IMG/VR virus record: IMGVR_UViG_3300021426_000073 | Span: 48,064 to 112,063 of that record | Strand: one strand, 5' to 3' | Source: a virus | Lineage: Duplodnaviria > Caudoviricetes | Length of the DNA stretch: 64,000 bases | Part shown: positions 9,304 through 17,643 of the stretch, piece after piece | How positions within the stretch are numbered: the first letter of the stretch is position 1 | How the letters are laid out: each line of letters starts with the position of its first letter | Notes under the pieces: generated by a model | Databases searched by the model: none | Seen by the model: only the letters and a program-made list of their open reading frames with translations | What the model was told of the DNA's origin: nothing | Made by a program: the position numbers and the translations under genes

Positions 9304-10365
9304 TTATTTAGTTTTTATTTTTTTCACTGACCACTTGCCCAATGTATCATATCCTACCGCTCTAACTCTAATATAATAAGTCTTTTTACGCTTTAGTTTT
9401 TTGATTGTCTTGATTGAATCAATTACATTATACGCTTTAGCCTTTTTGAAATTTTTCTTTAAAGAAATTTGAATCTGATATTTCATTGCGAAATCAACTT
9501 CGTTAAATGATACTGTTACCTTATTCCTTTTTACTTTAGCCTTGAGGTTTTTGATACCAAGATTAACTCTTGATTTTGAATTAGTTACATTAGACTGGTT
9601 TACAATATTTGTTATTGTAGATGTATTACCTACTATTGTTGTTGTAATTTTAGGCGTTTCAATTTTAGGGTAACCAACGTGTTCTACAAACCATTGATTT
9701 TCATTTATAACATAACTTGCTGCATTGAAGTTAGAAAAATTTAAAGAATTATAGTATGAATATTTTTTAATTTCTTCAGGCAGTAATGCAAATGTCCATG
9801 CAGCATTTCTTCTCCACATAAGAGAATTGTATTTGCCAGTTTCTGAATTTAATACATTACATTCTTTTACCAACTGTTCGTATTGTTTTACTTCTGTGTT
9901 ATTAATAATTTGTTTTAAAAATACTAAATGTGTTAGATAATAATTATAATAGTTTCTGTAGTCTATTGTTTTTGTAACTTTTTCGTATTGTTGATACCAC
10001 TCGTTGTTTTCGTCTCTATGACCTATATAATCATAATATTCATATGTTTTTGAAAATGTTTCATAATTAAAATTAGTAGCTGATAAATTGTAAACACTAT
10101 CGCTTGCTTTTCTTCCGTTTAATCTGATGCAATCCAATACATCATTATACTTGCCCATCCAATTAGAAGCTTTTGTTCTAAAATCATCAGTATCATATGA
10201 ATTAAAATTATCGTGTCCAATAGCTTTTAATTCATTAATAAGTCCGTCTATTAGTCCTATTGCTACTTCCTTGTCTGTCTTTTCTTTAGCATCTACAGTA
10301 TTGATTCCACTAAAACATAATATTAATACTAATAATAAACTAATTATCTTTTTCATTGTAATCAC
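9304..10365 (-). CDS. Secreted protein with C-terminal fibronectin type III-like domain
   Basis: Signal peptide MKKIISLLLVLILCFSG..VDA; C-terminal YQIQIS..KNFKK...KKLKRKKTYYIRVRA..GKWS. Confidence 0.7.
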   Translation of the reverse strand: MITMKKIISLLLVLILCFSGINTVDAKEKTDKEVAIGLIDGLINELKAIGHDNFNSYDTDDFRTKASNWMGKYNDVLDCIRLNGRKASDSVYNLSATNFNYETFSKTYEYYDYIGHRDENNEWYQQYEKVTKTIDYRNYYNYYLTHLVFLKQIINNTEVKQYEQLVKECNVLNSETGKYNSLMWRRNAAWTFALLPEEIKKYSYYNSLNFSNFNAASYVINENQWFVEHVGYPKIETPKITTTIVGNTSTITNIVNQSNVTNSKSRVNLGIKNLKAKVKRNKVTVSFNEVDFAMKYQIQISLKKNFKKAKAYNVIDSIKTIKKLKRKKTYYIRVRAVGYDTLGKWSVKKIKTK

Positions 10366-10496
10366 CTTCCTTTGTTTTATAATAACACTTTAAAACTACT
10401 TTGAAAAGTATTTTAAGGTATATAACAAACTATTTATAAAAAAATAAATTCTTATATAACTTAAAATGTCTAATACATCTGCTCTCCTTTCTTATA

Positions 10497-10685
10497 TGGT
10501 TACCTTTTGGTTACTTTTTAATAATCAATTAAGTATAATACTTGAATTTAAGCCATTTTTTTATTAGTTCTGATTTCGAATCCCACCGTCTCCGCTACTT
10601 TTCGGCTTTAAACCGTCATTTTGGGATAGTCGAAATTGGTTACTTTTGATTTTTGGGTGGTTACTTTTTCGGGTTGAGTAACCAT
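10497..10685. other. attP region: tRNA-Ser 3'-end core plus arm-type repeats
   Basis: TTCGAATCCCACCGTCTCCGC at 10575-10595; TGGTTAC(C/T)TTT repeats at about 10497, 10508, 10637, 10658 and inverted GTAACCA at 10678. Confidence 0.75.
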
Positions 10686-11876
10686 GGATTCAAGTTGTGT
10701 TACTAAGCTAGCTTTATAATCCATATTTCCAATATCATAAGTATAGTAATTGTTATTTACTTCAATAGAATTGCCAAGTAAGCTTGATGCAATAAAAGTG
10801 TTTGCTCCTAAAGATTTTATATAAGAGTTAAATGTTCTTCTTAATGCGTGAATACTTTTGTTTTTCATTCCAGCTTGCTTGGTTTTTTTACGTCCGCAGC
10901 TTGAAATAGCACTACAATGTATTTTGCCGTTTTTGTTTGAAAACACATACTCTGTTAAAAATCCATATTCTTCTTCTACTGCATGAAGTCTTTCTAGCAA
11001 TGTTTTGATATTATCTGTCAAAGGAAGAAATCTTATCTTATTTGTTTTGGTAGTTGATATGTAATAACAATTATTTATTCTATCTTGTTTTTCAGAACGC
11101 ATAATTACTATTCTGTTTTTCTTATAATCAATATCTTCCCATTTTAATCCAGCCAATTCACCGACTCTTAATCCAGTAAGCATAGCTAACTGTACTGCAT
11201 ATGGTGTTATCAACTCAGGCTTGTATATATGGTCTTCTTCCAACTTATTCCATAAAGTAACAAGTTCGTTTTCTGACAATATCCTTTCTTCTGGCATCTT
11301 ATAATTTTCTTTGCAAAACTTTTGAAACATCTTTATCTCTACATAATCACAAGGATTATTTTCAAGCTTATGTTTTCTTATTGCATAATTAAAAATACCA
11401 TTTAACATTTGGTAGAATTGTTTGATACATTTATATGTATACTCTCCATTGGTTAGTATACTTCTTATGTGATTACCAATGTCTACCTCGGTTATAGAAC
11501 GGATATCTATTTGAGATATTTCTTTGTCATTTAGAAACCTTTTGTAATTACTTTTATATTTGATTATAGTTGCACTTGATACACCCATAGCGGTTTTGTA
11601 CTCGATCCACTCTGGAAAAATTTCTTCTATATTAATAAGAAATAATTTTTCATAATGTTCGTTCAACTGCTCAATTAGTTTATCTTTAGATTTTTTCTTT
11701 ATAAGTTTTCTTTTACCATCAACCATTAAATGCGTTCGCCAGAAGCCATCAGCTCCTTGCCAAATACTGTATTGATGATTCTTTACTTCCATTTTCTCCT
11801 TTACAGATGTATTAGACAATGCTATATTACACTGCTCAAGGAGTTTTTTCAAGACATCTTCTTCTATTTCAATCAT
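10608..11876 (-). CDS. int: Phage tyrosine integrase
   Basis: TGLRVGEL, TKTNK, HALRRT, LGNS..VNNNYY catalytic motifs; probable start ATG 11876 overlapping upstream TGA (ORF track extends to 11909). Confidence 0.9.
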   Translation of the reverse strand: MIEIEEDVLKKLLEQCNIALSNTSVKEKMEVKNHQYSIWQGADGFWRTHLMVDGKRKLIKKKSKDKLIEQLNEHYEKLFLINIEEIFPEWIEYKTAMGVSSATIIKYKSNYKRFLNDKEISQIDIRSITEVDIGNHIRSILTNGEYTYKCIKQFYQMLNGIFNYAIRKHKLENNPCDYVEIKMFQKFCKENYKMPEERILSENELVTLWNKLEEDHIYKPELITPYAVQLAMLTGLRVGELAGLKWEDIDYKKNRIVIMRSEKQDRINNCYYISTTKTNKIRFLPLTDNIKTLLERLHAVEEEYGFLTEYVFSNKNGKIHCSAISSCGRKKTKQAGMKNKSIHALRRTFNSYIKSLGANTFIASSLLGNSIEVNNNYYTYDIGNMDYKASLVTQLESMVTQPEKVTTQKSKVTNFDYPKMTV

Positions 11877-12190
11877 GCGTATCCCCCAAAAGTCCCTAAA
11901 TACATCCAAGTGTCTTTGTAATTACCATACTGATATACCTCGGTAGTAAAAGGATCTTGAACAAAAACAGTTATCATCTTATCTTTTCCTAACTGCTCTA
12001 CTATTTCATTAAATGTAAGGAACTCTAAATCCATACATAAACCTTCGCAATATTCTTTATTCCAGTTTAATTGAGTAGGCTTTAGGTTTGATACTCCGCC
12101 AGTATATACACAAGTCTTAGAAACGGTATCAAACTCAATCAATTGCTGGTTTTGTTCTTCCTCAGTAAGCATTCGCATACAGTTACTCAT
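11873..12190 (-). CDS. Hypothetical protein translationally coupled to integrase
   Basis: GAGGTG RBS; ATGA overlap with int. Confidence 0.65.
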   Translation of the reverse strand: MSNCMRMLTEEEQNQQLIEFDTVSKTCVYTGGVSNLKPTQLNWNKEYCEGLCMDLEFLTFNEIVEQLGKDKMITVFVQDPFTTEVYQYGNYKDTWMYLGTFGGYA

Positions 12191-12563
12191 TATCGTTCAC
12201 CTCTTCCGATTCTGTAACTATTACAGTACCTAATCTTTTACATTCTTTTTTAAAAGAGTAATAGTCTATAATATTACTCCAACGTTTCATCCAAAACAGA
12301 AATAGCTCGGCTTCTGTACACCGAGCTATTCTGCCATTTTTAATCTCCACACTTATCACCTACTGGTTCACAGAAGACTACGTCTCCTAATTTATCTTTT
12401 ATGATTTTGTATGTAATTTTTCCATCATCGAAATATTGAACTTCGTATGTATTTTTTGCTTTATCTTGTTTTCTTAAACTATGTCCTAACAAACATAAAC
12501 AAATAAACATTAAAATTAATAAAAACATCATGCGTAAACAAAATTTAGCTTCTTCAATCATAA

Positions 12564-12911
12564 TTACCACCTCATAGCATCCTCATAATAAAACGGACAC
12601 TTTTTTTCATATCCTAATGTATTAGACAAAAGCATACACTTACCATCATATTCGTTGTAGCATCCTTTATGTTTACACGTTGGTAAAAACATAGGTTGAT
12701 ATTCTAAATCAATTTTTCTTCCAAAAAATCTATCAATATCTTTTCTTAAATATTTATGTGGCTTATCTCCATGTTTGTACCATTTCGTCAATGTAGATGC
12801 ATCAACATTAATAGCCTCTGCAAGCGTTGCTAATTCTGTATTTGTACTATCAATTAATTCCCTAAAAGTCATTATTTCTCCCCTTGCGTTGCATATAATT
12901 TTGCCATTCAA
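12564..12911 (-). CDS. XRE-like HTH protein with Cys-rich tail
   Basis: LATLAEAINVDASTLTKW; C..C...C...CPFY. Confidence 0.55.
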   Translation of the reverse strand: MNGKIICNARGEIMTFRELIDSTNTELATLAEAINVDASTLTKWYKHGDKPHKYLRKDIDRFFGRKIDLEYQPMFLPTCKHKGCYNEYDGKCMLLSNTLGYEKKCPFYYEDAMRW

Positions 12912-13021
12912 TATCTATAATGAATAGTGATATATACATAATAAATGTTGAAACTACCGATGCTATTGCAGCATCTTTAGTTGTGGCATATGTACTACCT
13001 ATTAAAGTTCCGAATAAAATA

Positions 13022-13702
13022 CTAATCACTCCGTCTTTCCAATTCATCGTTACGCTCTCCAATCTTTTTGGTTAAATCTTTTACTATTGATTTATCTTCG
13101 AAATACAAAGATTCTGCTCTCTTACCAACTTTCTTTCTGGCTGATGTAGAACCGTTAATTAAATAATCGATATGATCTACTATGTTAGGATTAAGATTTA
13201 TAAACTTTGTATTAGGTTTGTGTTTTCTTATATACCTTTTAAAAACAGAATCATCACCACGTTTCTTTTCTTTCCAGTCATCATACTCATTGGAATTGTA
13301 ATAATGTAACGCACAATGATTAGCTAAATAATTAGGTATCTTTATACAAGGAAAAGAAAACCATAACATTGATAAATCATTACTTTCTTCGTTATAAAAG
13401 TCTTTACGTTTTTTATCATAAAAAGTACAAAGACCACAAACTAATCCATCGAAATCGTTATACTTTTGTGTTTTTTCATAAAAATCTCTGCTAATGCAAA
13501 CATCATCTTGTAAATGCCATGTGTGTCCATCTTCAGGAACATATTTAAATGATTGCATACAAGACTCTAAATTGCCCACACCATGCCTGTCTATCCAAAT
13601 AATAATGTCATCAACGTCTATTCCTTGCTCAAGCATTGACGGTACTAAAAATTCATCTACATACCATTCACGTTGAGGACAAGCGTGTATTATATAATTC
13701 AT
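13022..13702 (-). CDS. Glycosyltransferase-like protein (GT-A fold)
   Basis: WHLQDDV acidic motif, SFPCI, DD, PNIVDHI. Confidence 0.6.
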   Translation of the reverse strand: MNYIIHACPQREWYVDEFLVPSMLEQGIDVDDIIIWIDRHGVGNLESCMQSFKYVPEDGHTWHLQDDVCISRDFYEKTQKYNDFDGLVCGLCTFYDKKRKDFYNEESNDLSMLWFSFPCIKIPNYLANHCALHYYNSNEYDDWKEKKRGDDSVFKRYIRKHKPNTKFINLNPNIVDHIDYLINGSTSARKKVGKRAESLYFEDKSIVKDLTKKIGERNDELERRSD

Positions 13703-13821
13703 ATTTTTAAAATCCTTTTATTTTGCAATGAATTTTGTCTAGTTTATATTATCTCTAAGGGCACGTTTATTAACGTGCCCAGCAGAAAATAATATGAAAT
13801 CAATCAGCTAATATAGCTTAA

Positions 13822-13898
13822 CAGGAACTCGGGGAATCGAACCCAAAAAACGACTTCTGATTTTGGAGATCAGCGTGCTACCATTACACCAAGAACCT
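13822..13898 (-). tRNA. tRNA-Trp(CCA), atypical or possibly pseudo
   Basis: CTGAT-CTCCAAA-ATCAG anticodon arm; two U-U mismatches in acceptor stem; long U-rich variable loop. Confidence 0.7.
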
Positions 13899-14009
13899 AT
13901 GTACGGTTTATAGTTAACCGCAAACTGCACATCACCGATATTAGCCTGAAGCATTAATTAACTTAACACCTCACTGAGTTTCGGTATCATTTGCTCTCTA
14001 ACTCTCGCA

Positions 14010-14083
14010 TAAGGATGACAAGATTTGAACTTGCAATTTCAGAGTACCAAACTCTGCGTTCTGCCAGATTGAACTACATCCCT
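14010..14083 (-). tRNA. tRNA-Pro(TGG)
   Basis: Full cloverleaf AGGGATG...CAGAG-TTTGGTA-CTCTG...GTTCAAATC...CATCCTT-A. Confidence 0.9.
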
Positions 14084-14105
14084 AATAGGTATATATACCT
14101 TAGAA

Positions 14106-14186
14106 TAGGAAAGAAAGGATTTGCACCTTTGAACCCGAAGGAACGGTTTTACAGACCGCCTGCTTTGTCTACTTGCATACTTTCCT
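14106..14186 (-). tRNA. tRNA-Tyr(GTA)
   Basis: GCGGT-CTGTAAA-ACCGT arm, long variable arm, acceptor AGGAAAG/CTTTCCT. Confidence 0.85.
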
Positions 14187-14195
14187 AAGAGGTTT

Positions 14196-14345
14196 CCGCA
14201 CGGCAAAAGTCTTTCGATGAAAATCCGTATGGCAATTTTCACTCTATTCATCAAGAGGTATAAAAAATGAATAGTATGTTAACCAACAAAAAAGTTGATT
14301 GCTAACGACTATATGCGGCAAAAGACTTTCGTGGAAAATCCGCAT
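14196..14345 (-). ncRNA. Two copies of a covarying hairpin motif (unknown ncRNA)
   Basis: 14196-14232 and 14313-14345 share CGGCAAAAG-NN-TTTC-NN-NGAAAATCCG with compensatory changes. Confidence 0.5.
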
Positions 14346-14604
14346 CAAGAAATTTTCCTATGATTGGATTGAATCAAAATATATGAAAAAAATATTGGAG
14401 TATATTGTTATACACTTTCTTAATGATAACTACAACAACGGTTTGCCTATCCTAAAAACAAATATAAGAGAGTATAATACTCAGTTACAAACAGTTGCTA
14501 AGAAAAGTTTGTTTTATCCCCATTATAGCTATGCTACAAAAAGCAAACCGTTGTTAGCTATCAATTTTAAAAATCCTTTACAGTGGGTTTAAGAGTAACT
14601 TATA

Positions 14605-14712
14605 ATTACTCCACGCACTCTGAGTCTCCCACGGCTAAAGTCGAAGGATTCTTGGGACTAGTAGATTAATATCCACTTTATTACCAAGCTAACCGGACAA
14701 CTCCTGCCCTTA
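14605..14712 (-). ncRNA. Orphan TnpB-type omegaRNA / IS200-IS605 right-end remnant
   Basis: AGGGCAGGAGTTGTCC-GGTTAGCTTGG...CCCAAGAATCCTTCGACTTTAGCCGTGGGAGACTCA; same architecture as the tnpB right end at 26242-26335; no adjacent tnpB. Confidence 0.7.
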
Positions 14713-14913
14713 TATTTATATTATAAAAATAATATCATCAATAATTCACATAGCACTTGGTGCTAAACAATGTCAATGTAAATATATGTGTATAGGAATT
14801 AATACAATAAAAACAAAAAAGGTTTGGTTTTCACCACTAAATTAATGGAAGATTTTTCTACCAAATGCTATGTGAAATGCTGCATCAATTCTCTATGATT
14901 TTTGTCTAGTTAA

Positions 14914-14986
14914 CGGCGGTAATAGGATTTGAACCTATATCATTGGAGTCAAAGTCCAATATACTAACCACTTGTACTATACCGCT
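14914..14986 (-). tRNA. tRNA-Gln(TTG)
   Basis: TTGGA-CTTTGAC-TCCAA arm; complete cloverleaf. Confidence 0.9.
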
Positions 14987-15106
14987 AAAGTAGGACGGTT
15001 TTAAAGTCAACCAACTACTTATCTTTACTGTTGTTTTGTTATCAGTATAATTGATTATTTTAAGAAAGGAGGCTAGTCTGGAACTAGCATGCCTACGATA
15101 AAAAAA

Positions 15107-15180
15107 TTGCGGAGATTGGATTTGAACCAATGACCTTGAGTTTATGAGACTCACGAGCTACCGAACTGCTCTACTCCGCT
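15107..15180 (-). tRNA. tRNA-Met(CAT) with initiator-like body
   Basis: AGCGGAG-TA-GAGCAGTTCGGTAGCTC-G-TGAGT-CTCATAA-ACTCA; 1-72 mismatch. Confidence 0.9.
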
Positions 15181-15255
15181 ATGTTACCAAACGAAAAATA
15201 AACATTTTCGAAGGGAGTTCAATAAATATTCACTTGTTTCATTTGGTATGCCTTA

Positions 15256-15286
15256 AGTATAAATGATGGTGTGAATTTTGTCAAGT
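15256..15286 (-). promoter_or_regulatory. Sigma-A promoter of tRNA cluster; -35 lies inside the repeated 15-bp motif
   Basis: TTGACA (15284-15279), 17 bp, TATACT (15261-15256). Confidence 0.8.
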
Positions 15287-15301
15287 TTAAAGTTAAATTT
15301 T

Positions 15302-16717
15302 TTATATTTTTTTTAATTCATCATCATAAGACATTTTATAAAAGCCTATATCTTTAATAGTATTCTGCGATTGATTAAACTCTAATATAATCTGATTATC
15401 AGCATCGCCAAAACGATTTTTTAAAAAGAATACTATAATATACTTACTACTATCATTTAATGTAATAAGTTTCTTTTGTCCGTTTTCTACTATAAAAGGT
15501 TTTATATACTTCTTCTCATTATCGGTTAAATGTCTAAAGGCTATACCTACAGCTGCACATTCACATATAGCCTTTGATTTTCCTACGCTAGTCTGATCCA
15601 AAAACTTGTTATGTAAAGAGTCCGTAGCTAATTGTGCTGATGCAATTATAGCAACGTTTTCTTTTTTTGCTATACAATATAATTCTTTGGCATTATCAGC
15701 TAATTCTGCCCACGCTTTGTCGCTAGAATCTTTAACTGGTTTTAATACATCATAAAAGAAATATTTGCAACCTTGCTTTGACATTTTTCTGATTACCTTT
15801 TTAACATTAACTATATCATAGTTATCCATAGCCTTAAATCTGATACGCCCTTTTTGAGCACCTATCCATGCAATAGCTTCTTCTACTTTTTGCATTTGTT
15901 CATCATTATAAGAACCTTTCATTATTTTAGCACGAGTCAAGCCTGTATCATCTATAATCTTGCTAAACAATACAGTTGATATAATCATATTTCTCCATTG
16001 CTTTGAGTTTTGCTCATTACATATAATAGTTATTGTCTCTCCATCTTCTATTGCTGGAAGAATAAACAATGGTACAGATGATGAACTCTTGCCCTTTCCA
16101 CCGCCAGCAATCACCAACATAAGTTCTCCTCTGTGAACGCCTGATGTAGTATAGTCAATAAATTGGCTACCCATTCTAAAACCAATATTCTTTTTATTGA
16201 TAACTTCTTTAAGCCACTCATTATAACCTTCAGAGTCTGACAAGTCTTCTATTTCTGATTTTTGAATACTAGTTAGGTTTATGTCTGATAACTTATACTC
16301 ATAGTAATCGTACACTTCTTCGCAAGACATATTAGCAAACTCTTTTAAGTTTTCTAAAACATTGAATCCTTCCGAATGCAATTTGATTAAGAAGTTAGAT
16401 TTAATTAATTCATCGTAATACGCTTCTATATTATCTATATTAACAGACTGTTTCAACTCACCAAACTGTTTGTATTGCTTCTTTATTGATGGTTTAGAAT
16501 CTAGGTAGTTCTTTACGGATACTTCATCTGCTGATTCATACCCTAATTTATACATATTAGAAATAATGCCGTAATAAATTTTTCCAGAATCTGTTATTAT
16601 ATCTGTACCATTTATTATGTTTTTATAATCATCACATAAACTTATATCCTTGTATAACGATGCTATAAAGTTTAATTCTATTGTTTCTCTGTTTTCTAAT
16701 AATTCATTTGGAATCAT
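15302..16717 (-). CDS. DnaB-like replicative helicase
   Basis: Walker A GGGKGKSS, IICNEQ, FFYDVLK, ASAQL, KNRFG motifs of SF4 helicases. Confidence 0.85.
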   Translation of the reverse strand: MIPNELLENRETIELNFIASLYKDISLCDDYKNIINGTDIITDSGKIYYGIISNMYKLGYESADEVSVKNYLDSKPSIKKQYKQFGELKQSVNIDNIEAYYDELIKSNFLIKLHSEGFNVLENLKEFANMSCEEVYDYYEYKLSDINLTSIQKSEIEDLSDSEGYNEWLKEVINKKNIGFRMGSQFIDYTTSGVHRGELMLVIAGGGKGKSSSSVPLFILPAIEDGETITIICNEQNSKQWRNMIISTVLFSKIIDDTGLTRAKIMKGSYNDEQMQKVEEAIAWIGAQKGRIRFKAMDNYDIVNVKKVIRKMSKQGCKYFFYDVLKPVKDSSDKAWAELADNAKELYCIAKKENVAIIASAQLATDSLHNKFLDQTSVGKSKAICECAAVGIAFRHLTDNEKKYIKPFIVENGQKKLITLNDSSKYIIVFFLKNRFGDADNQIILEFNQSQNTIKDIGFYKMSYDDELKKI

Positions 16718-16908
16718 AATTATTCCTCTAGTTCATAATATAATAAAAATTTTCTATTGAAAGCCATCTTTTTGCTACCGTCTTCTTTACTAAAAAGAAC
16801 ATGAGTATCAGTATTAACTGCATACCATTCATCGGCATTAAGCTTAATAATTTTACTTGCTTTAAAATCTTTTCCACACACAATTTTGTAATACATTATT
16901 GCTCCTAT

Positions 16909-17430
16909 CTAACCAAGAATCTTAACAATGCTTTGCTCTAATGCTGCCATATCACCACTGTTGTCAATAACATCAACATTGTACTTGCCATTGTTAATTT
17001 CTTCTTCAAATTTTGTAAATTGCCAAGCTTCACTTTGTTCTCTTGCTTGGTATATTTCCTCGTCATTTAAACGCTTCAATATGCGTTCTTTGCGAGTTTC
17101 GTTGTCAGCCTTAACATATATAACCTTAAATCTCATATCGGGCATATTGCTTAATAATTCACGCATACCGTTAGGGTCTATAACGTATACATCATTAGTC
17201 AACATTTGTATCTTTGTTGCAAAGTACAAATAACCATTTATTTCTGTCTGACACACTCTTCCGTGAATTTGGTCTAGTTCTTCCTTGTCTAAAAAAACAT
17301 GAGTATTCTCACTAGGGTGTCTTTTAGGTCTATTTGTATAAGACTTAAGTATTCTCTTTCTGTAATGTTTTTCAATAAATTTTGCAACGGTATCTTTTCC
17401 AGAACCACTTCTACCTAATATCAATATCAT
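16909..17430 (-). CDS. Guanylate kinase-like nucleotide kinase
   Basis: GRSGSGKDT P-loop; SYTNRPKR; YVIDPNG. Confidence 0.85.
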   Translation of the reverse strand: MILILGRSGSGKDTVAKFIEKHYRKRILKSYTNRPKRHPSENTHVFLDKEELDQIHGRVCQTEINGYLYFATKIQMLTNDVYVIDPNGMRELLSNMPDMRFKVIYVKADNETRKERILKRLNDEEIYQAREQSEAWQFTKFEEEINNGKYNVDVIDNSGDMAALEQSIVKILG

Positions 17431-17638
17431 TAAGTTTGTCCCCTTTCAAATTTAGTAACCAATCTGCTGAAATATTTAATGCTTCACATAAAGTTTTTAA
17501 ATTATTTGTTTGAATAATTCTCTGATCATTTACCCATCTGCTAATAGATGACTGCGGTAAGTTCATTATGTCAGCCAATTCGGTCTGTGTCATTCCATTG
17601 TATTCAAGTGCTAATTTAATCTTTTCTCCTACAGTCAT
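17411..17638 (-). CDS. XRE-family HTH regulator
   Basis: MTQTELADIMNLPQSSISRW...LCEALNISADWLL. Confidence 0.85.
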   Translation of the reverse strand: MTVGEKIKLALEYNGMTQTELADIMNLPQSSISRWVNDQRIIQTNNLKTLCEALNISADWLLNLKGDKLNDIDIR

Positions 17639-17643
17639 AATAA

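Noticed and set aside
13930-13990. Hammerhead ribozyme in the Pro-Trp spacer
   Set aside because: The CUGANGA and GAAA core elements are not present in the required arrangement on either strand.
13991-15154. ORFs 13991-14188, 14039-14254, 14299-14592 and 14906-15154
   Set aside because: They overlap tRNAs or structured RNA, or run antisense without an RBS; likely spurious.
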